35,290 nt of DNA from a virus (IMGVR_UViG_3300042484_001525:1-35290), one strand, 5' to 3'. Positions 18,500 to 28,331 are shown, counted from the stretch's first letter. Numbers and translations are program-made. The notes: generated by a model not told the origin, from the letters alone.

Positions 18500-18685
18500 C
18501 CTCTAACACCAGACCACCCTATCCAGAGCCCTCTCTCTCTGGGTAGGGTTTCTGGCGTTTCAAAAAAATTAATAAAAACAAAATAAAACAACAAGAAGAT
18601 TACCGTTTACACAGTTTGACCTAAGCGTAAAAATCTGGCAAACTGATTATAGGGAAACTCCCTATTCAAATCCGAGGAGGAATAA

Positions 18686-18823
18686 ATGGAAACATTTGAA
18701 GTGAGTATTTCAGGCACTATCACTATTCAAGCAGAAGGTCTCAAAGACATTGTGCGTGAGTTAGATAAAGTGCTAAACGGTGTTCTAGACGAATGGCAAG
18801 TTGAGGATATCGATACCCTATGA
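18686..18823 (+). CDS. Small acidic protein (45 aa, not in track)
   Basis: GAGGAGG RBS; METFEVSISGTITIQAE shares the VSISGT motif with the 18068 protein. Confidence 0.65.
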   Translation: METFEVSISGTITIQAEGLKDIVRELDKVLNGVLDEWQVEDIDTL

Positions 18824-19143
18824 TAGACGCACATTACGACATTAGTTGCGACAGCTGTGGTGGCTACTACGATGGCGACCCAATTGGTATTCTGGCAAGA
18901 ACACCGAACATTCCAAAGGGCATTCACGACCCAGCCAAGATGAAAGAACTTATGTATTTCTGGCTGTGCCGAGAGTGTAAAGAGGATTATCCAAACGGAG
19001 CAAAAGACTACTTCACCGCGTCTTACTTCACTGACGATGAACTTTACCTTTGTAATCATTGCGAGGCATTTATCCCAGAAGATGTCCGAGATGAGTTTGA
19101 GGACACCGAAGTTTGTCTGACCTGCTCGCCCCGAGACGAGTAA
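18820..19143 (+). CDS. Multi-CxxC zinc-finger protein
   Basis: Four CxxC pairs; ATGA overlap. Confidence 0.7.
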   Translation: MIDAHYDISCDSCGGYYDGDPIGILARTPNIPKGIHDPAKMKELMYFWLCRECKEDYPNGAKDYFTASYFTDDELYLCNHCEAFIPEDVRDEFEDTEVCLTCSPRDE

Positions 19144-19315
19144 ACTTCCAACCGAGCCCCTTGCTGAAAAGCGAGGGGTTTCGGCATTTCTAAAAAATTA
19201 ATAAAAACAAAATTAAACAACGAAAAGATTACCAGCACGGCCATTTGACTATTCGCAGTAAAACTGAAAGAATAAAGATGTAAGCAACAAGGCTTACAAA
19301 AACCGAGGAGACAAA

Positions 19316-19717
19316 ATGTCGCTAAATTGGAACGCACAAAGCGTGGCAAACATTGACGCTAGATTAGAGGACGAGGCCGACGCTAACGCTATTGCTTACT
19401 TCGCTTTCGCACTTATGGCTATTGGTATCGGGTCAGTATCTAAGAAAAACTTAGGTGATGTCTATGCTCGTATCAAAATGTGGGAAAGCCTCAACGGACC
19501 TCTACACTACGAAAACAAGCAGTTAGAGGACGGCACTTGGTCAAACAAATCTGCCTACAACTTTGAGTTTGTAAAAAGTATGGTCGGCTACGGAACCAAT
19601 GTTTCTAACGAGGCACTTGGCACTTGGTCCAAGAAAGTTCTTGGCAGAGAAGCTGAACGCCTACAAAAGCAGTTTGAGGAAAGCCTTGCTGAACCAAAAG
19701 AGCCAGCAGTAGTCTAA
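19316..19717 (+). CDS. Conserved phage hypothetical protein
   Basis: GAGGAG RBS; MSLNW...MAIGIGSVSKKN...YARI...GTNVS. Confidence 0.8.
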   Translation: MSLNWNAQSVANIDARLEDEADANAIAYFAFALMAIGIGSVSKKNLGDVYARIKMWESLNGPLHYENKQLEDGTWSNKSAYNFEFVKSMVGYGTNVSNEALGTWSKKVLGREAERLQKQFEESLAEPKEPAVV

Positions 19718-19890
19718 CCGCTACCAACCGAGCCCTCTACCAGAAATGGTGGAGGGTTTGGGTTTTTTCAAAAAATTAATAAAAACAAAATAAAACAACA
19801 AGAAGATTACCAGCCAACAAGTTTGACTAAACGGGTAAGTTGTGAAAGAATTAGAGTGTGGAAAGTATCCACAGAAACCGAGGAAAAGTT

Positions 19891-20064
19891 ATGAGCAGTT
19901 CAGTTTGGAAAGTAGAAATAGATTACGGGTCTGGCTACGGCTATGTGCCTGTAATGTGGGCACCGACTTTTGATACAAAAGCCGAGGCTCAAGAGTGGAT
20001 AAATGACGACACTCACGATTGGGAAAGCCACGCAAGACCTTACGAAGTTGAGGTAGAGGACTAA
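19891..20064 (+). CDS. Small hypothetical protein
   Basis: GAGGA RBS before ATG 19891; TFDTKAEAQEWI. Confidence 0.7.
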   Translation: MSSSVWKVEIDYGSGYGYVPVMWAPTFDTKAEAQEWINDDTHDWESHARPYEVEVED

Positions 20065-20180
20065 TGGCAACGCTACCTTGTAATGATTGTGGCGACCCAG
20101 TAGACGCAGACATACACGCAGAAGAACTTGGTATGTGTATTGAGTGTTCTAACAAATACTTCACTCACGACGACGAGTAA
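20064..20180 (+). CDS. Zinc-finger microprotein (38 aa, not in track)
   Basis: TAATG coupling; MATLPCNDCG...GMCIECSNKY. Confidence 0.65.
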   Translation: MATLPCNDCGDPVDADIHAEELGMCIECSNKYFTHDDE

Positions 20181-20346
20181 ACCAAAGCCCCTGACCGAAA
20201 GGTTGGGGGCATTTGGCTTTTTAAAAAAATTAATAAAAACAAAATAAAACAACAAGAAGATTACAGCTCCGCCCATTTGACTAACCGATAAACTTGTGAA
20301 AGACTGGTGATGTGGAAAGTATCCACTTTTACAACTAGGAGTAAAA

Positions 20347-20736
20347 ATGCTATCTGAATTCGACATAAGTCAAATAAAATGGGCACTATCTTACGCTGGA
20401 ATAAAGGCTAGTCCAGAAATGAAATCTAGATGGGCGAGAGTTCTAGAAAACTTCACAGCAGAGGTTGAGCCTGTGTCTAGTGTTTGTCAGTGTGAGGACA
20501 GACCTTGTTGTTCTTGCGACAAGGACTACTATCGCAACGACAACAATGAGGCACCTGATTACGAGGCTATCCGAGATAGGCAAGAGGAATACCAACTTCA
20601 ATGGGAAATGTATCTTGACCGACCTTGCTCAATCTGTAAAGAGAACTTTGACGGAGACGAGGACAACGAAGATGACATTGTTCAGGGTTTCCACGCTGAT
20701 TGTGCCGCAGACGGAGACCACTACGGAGACATCTAG
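20347..20736 (+). CDS. Acidic Cys-rich hypothetical protein
   Basis: AGGAG RBS; CEDRPCCSC motif and CSIC...HADC. Confidence 0.75.
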   Translation: MLSEFDISQIKWALSYAGIKASPEMKSRWARVLENFTAEVEPVSSVCQCEDRPCCSCDKDYYRNDNNEAPDYEAIRDRQEEYQLQWEMYLDRPCSICKENFDGDEDNEDDIVQGFHADCAADGDHYGDI

Positions 20737-20741
20737 TTCCA

Positions 20742-20769
20742 ACACCTAAGCAAGTGTCTAAAAGGCTTA
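20742..20769 (+). other. Putative H-type pseudoknot element, copy 2
   Basis: ACAC/GTGT and TAAGC/GCTTA stems; compensatory change relative to copy 1. Confidence 0.55.
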
Positions 20770-20790
20770 CACAACTAACCGAGGAGAAAA

Positions 20791-21102
20791 ATGACTAAAA
20801 AAACATTATTAGAGAGAGGTATTTGTGTAAATGGACACGACATAAAAAGCGTGGCAGACATTTACAAAGTATCTTACAAAGGCAAAGCGTTTAGCATTTG
20901 TAAAATTTGCCAACAGAAAAAATCTTTATTGGTCAGCAGAAAAAAGCACGGCACACCACTAGACCAGCCTGTAAGACCATACAAAGAACGCAGAGCACCG
21001 AACAGACCAAAAGCAACTATGGAACTAGTCAGGTTAGTTTCAGCAGACCCCGAACTAGCAAAATCGCTACTATCCATAGCAAAAAGTTGGAGTAGCAACT
21101 AA
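20791..21102 (+). CDS. Basic protein with CxxGH...CxxC motif
   Basis: GAGGAG RBS; CVNGH...CKIC, similar to the accessory zinc motif in actinophage HNH-associated proteins; no HNH core visible. Confidence 0.7.
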   Translation: MTKKTLLERGICVNGHDIKSVADIYKVSYKGKAFSICKICQQKKSLLVSRKKHGTPLDQPVRPYKERRAPNRPKATMELVRLVSADPELAKSLLSIAKSWSSN

Positions 21103-21259
21103 ACCCAGACTTGCCCGAAAGGGCAAGTTCTCGGCATTTCTAAAAAATTAATAAAAACAAAATAAAACAACAAGAAGATTACCAGCCGACAAGTTTGACT
21201 TACGCAGCAAAATGTGAAAAACTGGTTATGCGGATAGACCGCAGAAAAACGAGGTAAAA

Positions 21260-21571
21260 GTGGAAAACTGGAGAGAAATAAAAGACAAATGGGAACTGTT
21301 GGAAAACGCCCCAGAGTTCGCAACAAATACGGCTGGCTTAATTCACTGGTCGCACAACTATGACGCAGGAAACGCAGGAAACCCTCTGATGCCTTTCTTG
21401 GCACTAATCGGCTACTTTGATGATGTGCTTGGCATTGAGAAAACCGAAATCTCTCGCACTGGTGCGGTAGAGATGTCTTACCTTGCTGATGCCTTACAGG
21501 AATACGCAACCCGACCTCTTGATGTCTGGGATTTTGTTCACCGCTATTTCGTCTTAGAAACCGAGGAATAA
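21260..21571 (+). CDS. Hypothetical protein
   Basis: GAGGT RBS, GTG start; EMSYLADALQEYATRP. Confidence 0.75.
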   Translation: MENWREIKDKWELLENAPEFATNTAGLIHWSHNYDAGNAGNPLMPFLALIGYFDDVLGIEKTEISRTGAVEMSYLADALQEYATRPLDVWDFVHRYFVLETEE

Positions 21572-21703
21572 ATGAGTGTCTATTGTCCAGAGTGTGATGA
21601 GGAAACTTCAAAAGAGGCTCTTGCTCAGTGGGAGATGTGCCACGACTGCGACAATCAAATGTGTCCAGAATGTGGCAGAGTCTTCTGCGACCACGACCAA
21701 TAA
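21572..21703 (+). CDS. Zinc-finger microprotein (43 aa, not in track)
   Basis: GAGGA RBS; CPEC, CHDC, CPEC, C-H. Confidence 0.65.
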   Translation: MSVYCPECDEETSKEALAQWEMCHDCDNQMCPECGRVFCDHDQ

Positions 21704-21879
21704 ATCACACCCAAGCCCTACCTAGCAATAGGTAGGGTTCTGGGGGTTTATAAAAATTAATAAAAACAAAATAAAACAACAAGAAGATTACCAGCCGCCA
21801 CGTTTGCGTTCTAAAAGCAAATGTGAAACAATTGTCCTGTGGAAAGTATCCACAAGCACCAACCCAACTAGGAGTAAAA

Positions 21880-22374
21880 ATGGGACTAGACATGTATTTA
21901 GAGGCTCGCAAGTATTTCTCTAAAATGGACTTTAGAACAGACAGCGAAGATGTTCTACCAAATTACCAAACCATAGCCAGCCTGTTTCCAGCAGGAGCAG
22001 ATGAGTTTGGTGAAAGCACAGGCGCAACCATAGACCTAACCATAGGTTATTGGCGTAAAGCCAACCAGATACACGCTTGGTTTGTTAGAGAGTGTGCCGA
22101 CGGAGTAGATGAGTGCCAAAGAATTCCTGTTAGAGATGGCAAACTACGGGAACTAAAAGTAATCATTGAGTTCTTGTTAGACATCAAAGACCTTCCAACA
22201 GCAGGAGACGAGATTGAGAAATTGCTACCTACTCAATCAGGGTTCTTCTTCGGCAGTACCGAGATAGACGAGTATTACTGGCACGACCTAAAACGTACCT
22301 TACAAATACTTGACAAAGCAATTAAGTTAGAAGAAGAACACAATTGCTCTATTGCCTACCAAGCCAGTTGGTAA
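21880..22374 (+). CDS. Conserved phage protein (MGLDMYL / YWRKANQIH family)
   Basis: AGGAG RBS before ATG 21880; YWRKANQIHAWF, GFFFGS..DEYY, YQASW. Confidence 0.85.
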   Translation: MGLDMYLEARKYFSKMDFRTDSEDVLPNYQTIASLFPAGADEFGESTGATIDLTIGYWRKANQIHAWFVRECADGVDECQRIPVRDGKLRELKVIIEFLLDIKDLPTAGDEIEKLLPTQSGFFFGSTEIDEYYWHDLKRTLQILDKAIKLEEEHNCSIAYQASW

Positions 22375-22593
22375 TCCTAACCGACAGCCTACCCGAAAGG
22401 GTAGGTTGTTCGGCGTTTCAAAAAATTAATAAAAACAAAAGAAAACAACTAGAAGATTACTCCCGACCTCATTTGACCTATGCGGCAAACTATGGCAAAC
22501 TAGAACCGAGAGGGTAGGAAGAACAAGGTCCGTTCATACCTTTCACTGCTAACCTACCCTCTCACCTATCCATCAATCAACTAGGAGATACAA

Positions 22594-22725
22594 ATGGAAC
22601 TAACAAACCAAGAGGCAGAGCGTATCAAACTCATTTACAACCAATACCACGCTGGCGTAATCACACCAGAGCAAGCAATAAACGAACTAGAACTTGTAAT
22701 CAACGGAGAAGAGGAAACCGAATGA
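22594..22725 (+). CDS. Small hypothetical protein (43 aa, not in track)
   Basis: AGGAG RBS; ATGA overlap with next gene. Confidence 0.65.
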   Translation: MELTNQEAERIKLIYNQYHAGVITPEQAINELELVINGEEETE

Positions 22726-22940
22726 GAGCACCAGAAGAACGCCTAGCAATTGCTCAAAAGGAACTAGAAAGGGCATTCAGCCTAATCAACGACCTATGGA
22801 CTAACCAAGAACTAGGGTTAGTTATCACACTTCCAACACACACTGAAAACCAAATCGCAGTTAGAAATCTCATTGTAGATACCAGAATTGCGATTATGAA
22901 AGCCAGCAATCAGGTTGAGATGTTGATAAACAAGGACTAG
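22722..22940 (+). CDS. Small helical hypothetical protein
   Basis: 72-aa ORF ending just before the cassette hairpin. Confidence 0.7.
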   Translation: MRAPEERLAIAQKELERAFSLINDLWTNQELGLVITLPTHTENQIAVRNLIVDTRIAIMKASNQVEMLINKD

Positions 22941-23069
22941 ACCTAGCCAGCCTACCCGAAAGGGTAGGTTGGTGGCGTAGTTCAAAAAATTAATAAAAAC
23001 AAAAAAAAACAACTAGAAGATTACCGCCGAGCCAACTTGCCTTAGTCGGTAGAGTGTGAAACAATTGAA

Positions 23070-23230
23070 GTAAGACTGACTAAGTATCTAGACCCTGCTT
23101 AGTTGGCGTAGTTGGTTGGCTACGAGAATACGTAACCCGTTATGCGGTATGAAGTATCAACAAGTCGCTTGGCTGGCAACAGCGAGAAGGCGGAGTTAGA
23201 GGGGTAGGATAGTCTGCCCCTCTAACTTTC
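23070..23230 (+). ncRNA. Candidate structured leader or ncRNA
   Basis: Unusually long cassette leader with several hairpins (GACTAAG/CTTAGTT, CGTAG/CTACG, TCGCT/AGCGA, AGTTAGAGGGG/CCCCTCTAACT). Confidence 0.35.
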
Positions 23231-23255
23231 ACAAATCAACAACTAGGAGAAACAA

Positions 23256-23456
23256 ATGGAAATCAAGTACCCAGAAATCAAAGTCCAGTTAGTAGGACTT
23301 GACGGAAACGCCTACTCAATTATGGGTAGAGTTTCAGCTGCCCTAAAAGAGGCAGGAGTTAGCAAAGAAGAGATTGACGAATACTACGCAGAAAGCACCA
23401 GCGGTGATTACGACCACTTGCTACAAACCGCCATCAAGTGGGTTAGCGTAAGTTAG
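23256..23456 (+). CDS. Conserved small phage protein
   Basis: LVGLDGNAYSIMG...SGDYDHLL motif family; AGGAG RBS. Confidence 0.85.
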   Translation: MEIKYPEIKVQLVGLDGNAYSIMGRVSAALKEAGVSKEEIDEYYAESTSGDYDHLLQTAIKWVSVS

Positions 23457-23657
23457 TAAAAGACCTCTGCCCGAAAGGGCAGGGGTTCTTTGCTTTTTAT
23501 AAAAATTAATAAAAACAAAAGAAAACAACTAGAAGATTACCGCTGAGCCAGTTTGACTAAATGCCGTAAGTGTGAAATACTAGTAGTGTAGAGAGCCCTC
23601 TACAACAAGACGCAGACTTGCTAAACTGCCACTTAGTTCAACCGAGAGGAGGACAGA

Positions 23658-23918
23658 GTGAAAATGTTCAAGTTCATTAGCGACCCAGGACACGGCTGGT
23701 TGGAAGTCAATCTCAAAGAGTTCCCGTTTGCCCAGCGTTCAGCAACAGGGTTTGGCTTCAAGAATGGCGACTTTATTTACTTGGAAGAAGATGTTGAAGC
23801 CAACGACTTCCTAGTAGAACTTCGCCAGCGTGGCATTCAGTTTGACATCACAGAAGAAATTCTTGATGACGAATGGGAAGGTCGCAACTACGCACCCAAC
23901 CGAGAGTTGAAGAAGTAG
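23658..23918 (+). CDS. Conserved small phage protein
   Basis: SDPGHGWLEV...YLEED motif family. Confidence 0.8.
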   Translation: MKMFKFISDPGHGWLEVNLKEFPFAQRSATGFGFKNGDFIYLEEDVEANDFLVELRQRGIQFDITEEILDDEWEGRNYAPNRELKK

Positions 23919-24090
23919 TTCCCAAAGCCTAGTCTGCCCGAAAGGGCAGGCTAGGTTTCTCGCATTTAAAAATTAATAAAAACAAAATTAAACAATTAGA
24001 AGATCACCGCCGACCCAGTTTGCGTTATGCGGCTAAGTGTGAAAGAATTGTTATGCGGATGGTCCGCAGGCAACACCCTACAACTAGGAG

Positions 24091-24399
24091 ATGATAAAGG
24101 TGGAACTACTACCTGAATCTGAAAAAGCAAAACTCGCTAAATGGCGAGAAACCGAAGATAGCAACTTATCTGAGGTTATGGCAACAGTCAAGTTCTTCTG
24201 CCCTTGGTCCAACTGGACTTGGTATGCCGCAGAATTTGACGGAACAGACACTTTCTTCGGTCTTGTTGACGGATTTGAGAAAGAACTTGGCTACTTCTCG
24301 CTAGCAGAGCTGGAAGGCGTTGTTGGTCCAATGGGTCTCAAAATTGAGAGAGATTTACATTGGACACCAAAAAACTTGGCTGAGTTGCTCCACAACTAA
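24091..24399 (+). CDS. DUF2958-family protein
   Basis: VKFFCPWSNWTWY...FFGLVDGFEKELGYFSLAEL; the true start may be GTG at 24100. Confidence 0.8.
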   Translation: MIKVELLPESEKAKLAKWRETEDSNLSEVMATVKFFCPWSNWTWYAAEFDGTDTFFGLVDGFEKELGYFSLAELEGVVGPMGLKIERDLHWTPKNLAELLHN

Positions 24400-24572
24400 C
24401 CAAAAAGTCAGCCCTACCGAAAGGTAGGGTCTGGCTGGGGTTTAAAAAATTAATAAAAACAAAAGAAAACAACTAGAAGATTACCCGGTCGCCCGTTTGA
24501 CTTATGCGGCGAGATGTGAAAGACTACTAGCGTAGAGAACTCTCTACACCAAACCAACCAGAAAGGAACATA

Positions 24573-25055
24573 ATGTCTATTATAGATATTATTTCTCTCT
24601 TACCGCTTGCGTATCTTGCGGTTATCACGCTACCCCTTGTAGTCATTGACTACGAACAGCACCGCTTACCAAACAAAATAGTTCTGCCGTTTGTTGCTAC
24701 ATCATTCCTATCCGTTCTAGTTGTAAATATTGCTAACCAAAGTTGGCTAAATCTACTGCTGGCAGTTGGAATACCTTTGGCAGTGTTCATTCTTGGAATG
24801 TTCCTAAACTACTATGGTTATATTGGAATGGGCGATATAAAGTTGCTACTTGGAGTTATGTTGGCAGTTAGCCTTTACTCCCCTGTTGCTTCTTTACTAA
24901 TTATTCCAATAGCACTAGGGTTTGCTCTTATTGAGATTACCTACCGAGTTATTATGAAACAACAAATATACTCAATTCCACTAGGACCTTGGGTTATTCT
25001 CTCTACCCTAATTGTTGGAACTAGCGTTGTAGTTCCTGCTATGGCTGCTTGGTAA
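24573..25055 (+). CDS. Prepilin peptidase (peptidase A24, short TadV/CpaA-like form)
   Basis: Multi-TM; IDYEQHRLPNKIV (first Asp), GMGDIKLL (GxGD) and IPLGPW. Confidence 0.85.
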   Translation: MSIIDIISLLPLAYLAVITLPLVVIDYEQHRLPNKIVLPFVATSFLSVLVVNIANQSWLNLLLAVGIPLAVFILGMFLNYYGYIGMGDIKLLLGVMLAVSLYSPVASLLIIPIALGFALIEITYRVIMKQQIYSIPLGPWVILSTLIVGTSVVVPAMAAW

Positions 25056-25246
25056 GCACTGCCAGCCCTGCCACCTGAAAAGGTGAGCAGGGTTGGTGGC
25101 TTTCAAAAAATTAATAAAAACAAAAGAAAACAACTAGAAGATTACCGAGCTCCTCATTTGACCTATTTGAGAAAGTATGAAAGACTTGTCTCGGGTAGCG
25201 TATCTACCCAAAGCACCACCCAAACCCTAACAGTTAGGAAACTGCC

Positions 25247-25594
25247 GTGAACACTATTCACGCTTTAGTTGTCCGTACGGACAACACCACCGAGCGAATT
25301 GAAGTTCCAGAAACGGAAATCTCAAACGCTATCAAGTCAGCCGTAGGTGGCTGGTTTACCCACGTAACTATTCAGCCACACCTAGATTTCTGGGTTGATG
25401 ATGAAGGGTTACTCAAATCCCTACCACTAAACAAGGTGGCAACCCGTTTCTACGAAATGTTGGGAGCATCTAGCCCAATCGTTGGTGACGCAGTGTTCAC
25501 AGGTGGAACAAACGCAAGGGGAGAAACTTTGTCCCTTGACGACAACTACGCCAGAGCCATAGAAATTATGGCTGAAATGGCTAAGCAGTTCTAA
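25247..25594 (+). CDS. DUF3846-family protein
   Basis: AVGGW...WVDDEGLLKSLPLNKVAT...IVGDAVFTG...GETLSL. Confidence 0.8.
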   Translation: MNTIHALVVRTDNTTERIEVPETEISNAIKSAVGGWFTHVTIQPHLDFWVDDEGLLKSLPLNKVATRFYEMLGASSPIVGDAVFTGGTNARGETLSLDDNYARAIEIMAEMAKQF

Positions 25595-25807
25595 ACCATA
25601 GTGCCGAGAGCCTAGCCCGAAAGGGTTAGGTTCTTGGTGCTGGTTTAAAAAATTAATAAAAACAAAATTAAACAACTAGAAGATTACCCGTTTCCCAGTT
25701 TGACTAAGTGCCGTATCTATGAAACAATTAAGACATAACTGAATAGCGAACTGCCCTGTACCCTGCCTGTACAGGGTGGTTCGTGCCATCAATCAACTAG
25801 GAGAAAA

Positions 25808-25990
25808 ATGCTAGAAGAAGTAATCAAGTCATACAAGACAGTTATCGCAGATGTCCTTGCTGATGACACTTGGCTACCAAAGCCAAAAGAGAAAGTCCTG
25901 TCGCTACTACGGACAAGACTTACGGAGTTGGAAACTGTTTGGTCTATCCCAGACGAACTTTGGCACACCGAGTTTGATGAGGAGGTATAG
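25808..25990 (+). CDS. Small hypothetical protein
   Basis: AGGAG RBS. Confidence 0.7.
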   Translation: MLEEVIKSYKTVIADVLADDTWLPKPKEKVLSLLRTRLTELETVWSIPDELWHTEFDEEV

Positions 25991-25992
25991 CA

Positions 25993-26169
25993 ATGTATTC
26001 AATAGTCGCCCTGAGTGAAAAAGGGAAAGTCCAAATCTGTGTCACAGGCTCAGATGAAAACCCTAAACCAGCCTTGTTTAGAACTTTGCTAATGGCAAAG
26101 GCTATACTCAAGAAAATGGAAAAAGATAATCCAAAGGCTAGACTAGCCATCTGGAAAATCACCGACTAA
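25993..26169 (+). CDS. Small basic protein (58 aa, not in track)
   Basis: GGAGGT RBS; MYSIVALSEKGKVQ...; ends at cassette hairpin. Confidence 0.65.
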   Translation: MYSIVALSEKGKVQICVTGSDENPKPALFRTLLMAKAILKKMEKDNPKARLAIWKITD

Positions 26170-26299
26170 ATCCCGCCCTAGCCCTGCCGAAAGGCAGGGT
26201 TCAGGGTGCTTTCAAAATTAATAAAAACAAAATGAAACAACTAGAAGATTACTCGACACCTAGTTTGACAATCAGATACGGTGAGTGTAGTCTGAGAGT

Positions 26300-26410
26300 A
26301 TGAGAAAACTATACGCAAAAACGCTCCGTAATGTGAGTGGAGTTCTATTCAATGTTGCCCACAAACTCCTGTGGTCAGCAAACAACCAATCAAAGAAAGA
26401 TAAAAAATGA
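26300..26410 (+). CDS. Leaderless micro-ORF (36 aa, not in track)
   Basis: ATG at the expected +1 of TTGACA-17-TAGTCT; ATGA overlap with 26407. Confidence 0.5.
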   Translation: MRKLYAKTLRNVSGVLFNVAHKLLWSANNQSKKDKK

Positions 26411-26661
26411 CACCTAAAGAAATCATCACATCAAGCCATCCACAATGGTTTAGCACTGCTACCCTTGAGTTCTGGAACTCTGAAATCTACTGGGACACGC
26501 TGACCGAACACGGACAGGGTTGGAAGTTTATCACCAGCGAGGACAACTACAACCGAAGTGCCTCACGCTACACAATCCGATACGCTGACAAAACGACCCT
26601 CACCGAGTTGAGTGAGTTCCAAGAGTTCGCAACTCTTGGCGAGGCTATCAAAGCCCTATAG
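26407..26661 (+). CDS. Conserved small phage protein
   Basis: WFS..TLEFWNS...FITSE...RYTIR motif family. Confidence 0.75.
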   Translation: MTPKEIITSSHPQWFSTATLEFWNSEIYWDTLTEHGQGWKFITSEDNYNRSASRYTIRYADKTTLTELSEFQEFATLGEAIKAL

Positions 26662-26924
26662 TCCAAGTGCCGAAAGCCTCATCAGAAATGATGGGGCTTT
26701 CTGGCGTTTGGGGGTTTCAAAAAATTAATAAAAACAAAATTAAACAACTAGAAGATTACCCGTTTCCCAGTTTGACTAAGTGCCGTATCTATGAAACAAT
26801 TGAACCAGAGGTGAAGTCCTAAGAAGGTCTTAGGTAGAGTTATAAGCCTTAGTAGAGTGAGCAGGAAAAACAAGTGCTAGCCGTTGATTATGGCTCACTC
26901 TACGCCTACCAACTAGGAGCCAAA

Positions 26925-27155
26925 GTGAGTAAAACTCAAACTATGGATGCTTGGTCTTGGTTTATCGCAAGATACACCAAACTAGGCTACAAGTCCCTAA
27001 ACCAGTTCGCTATTGCGACAGGTTTACAGAAGTCCAGCCTTAGCCGTTATTTCCACCAAGAGCGCCAAATCCCATCGGGTATGATGGCGACCTTGTGCCG
27101 AGAACTCAAGACCACTCCAAACGAGTTGATGAGAGTTCTAGGAGAGTGGAACTAG
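26925..27155 (+). CDS. XRE-family HTH protein
   Basis: AGGAG RBS before GTG 26925; SLNQFAIATGLQKSSLSRYFHQERQIP...LCREL. Confidence 0.8.
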   Translation: MSKTQTMDAWSWFIARYTKLGYKSLNQFAIATGLQKSSLSRYFHQERQIPSGMMATLCRELKTTPNELMRVLGEWN

Positions 27156-27311
27156 CAAACACCGAGAGCCCTGCCGAAAGGCAGGGTTCTTGGCTTTTTG
27201 AAAAAATTAATAAAAACAAAATTAAACAATTAGAAGATTACTCACGCCACCGTTTGCTCTATGCGGTGAATTGTGAAAGACTAGGACTACGGGTACGCCC
27301 GTAGAAACGAG

Positions 27312-27566
27312 GTGATTACTATGGAGTTATTTACAACAGAACTAAAAGCGGTGTCCAGACACAGTTGCGATGTCTTGTCTTGCGGCAAGTCAGCCGACAG
27401 CGTCTTATGGAGTTCGCTAACTGACCCTGAGATGTTCACTTGTCTAGAACACGGTGAAACAGCAGTGAAGTTAGGAGAGTTGCCTGAGACTTGGACTAGG
27501 TGGACAAAACTTCCGCAAGCGCAAGGTAGCAACCGTGTTGGCGAGATGTATGGCGACAACGACTAA
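27312..27566 (+). CDS. Small zinc-binding protein (paralog of 28592)
   Basis: CDVLSC...SVLWSSLTDPEMFTC..HG; likely start ATG 27321. Confidence 0.7.
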   Translation: MITMELFTTELKAVSRHSCDVLSCGKSADSVLWSSLTDPEMFTCLEHGETAVKLGELPETWTRWTKLPQAQGSNRVGEMYGDND

Positions 27567-27881
27567 AACAGAAGTCCCTAGCCCTGCCGAAAGGCAGGGT
27601 TCAGGGTGCTTTCAAAATTAATAAAAACAAAATAAACACCTCGCTCAGCTGCTGCGATCTTCGCGGCTCGATAGCTGAACGTTCGCTTCGCTCACTTTTC
27701 AGCCTCGCCGCTTCAGACGCTGCAGCATCCGCTCGGTGGAAGACAAAATTAATAAAAACAAAATAAAACAACTAGAAGATTACCTGGCTCCCCGTTTGCA
27801 CTATGCGGTGAAGTGTGAAAGAATTGAAGCAGACAGCGTATCTGTCTAAAGCACCACCTAACTACAAACTAGGAGTAAATT

Positions 27882-28331
27882 ATGTCAAATGACATTGTTT
27901 ATGAGTTGTCTAGCAACTGCCGTTGCACTGTCTATGACAGTGAAACAGACAGTGAAGTCCTAGACGATAAGGGTAATCCAGTGCCATCTGAGTCCTGTGA
28001 CGGATGCTGGCAAGATGACCAGAGCAACACCGAGTATGACATCATTCATCCTTGGCAAGAGGCTAATGACATTGCCGACCACGATTATGTTGTTGTAAGT
28101 GCAAACAGAGTATCTTGGCGAAATGTTGATGGCTACGCACTTAGCAAGGGTGACTTCAAGAGTATCTTGAAGATGCTTACCTTCGATGGTGATTGGACAC
28201 TCAAAATCACCTACGATGGCGACAAGACTATGACTGCACAGCGATGGAGCCACGATGAGCCTACAGGCACAGGCATCTTCACCTTTAGGAAAGCCACCGA
28301 AGAGGAAATTGAAGATTGGCAACGCCTATGA
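27882..28331 (+). CDS. Acidic hypothetical protein
   Basis: AGGAG RBS; SW.N..GY...SHDEPTG motif seen in other phage proteins. Confidence 0.8.
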   Translation: MSNDIVYELSSNCRCTVYDSETDSEVLDDKGNPVPSESCDGCWQDDQSNTEYDIIHPWQEANDIADHDYVVVSANRVSWRNVDGYALSKGDFKSILKMLTFDGDWTLKITYDGDKTMTAQRWSHDEPTGTGIFTFRKATEEEIEDWQRL

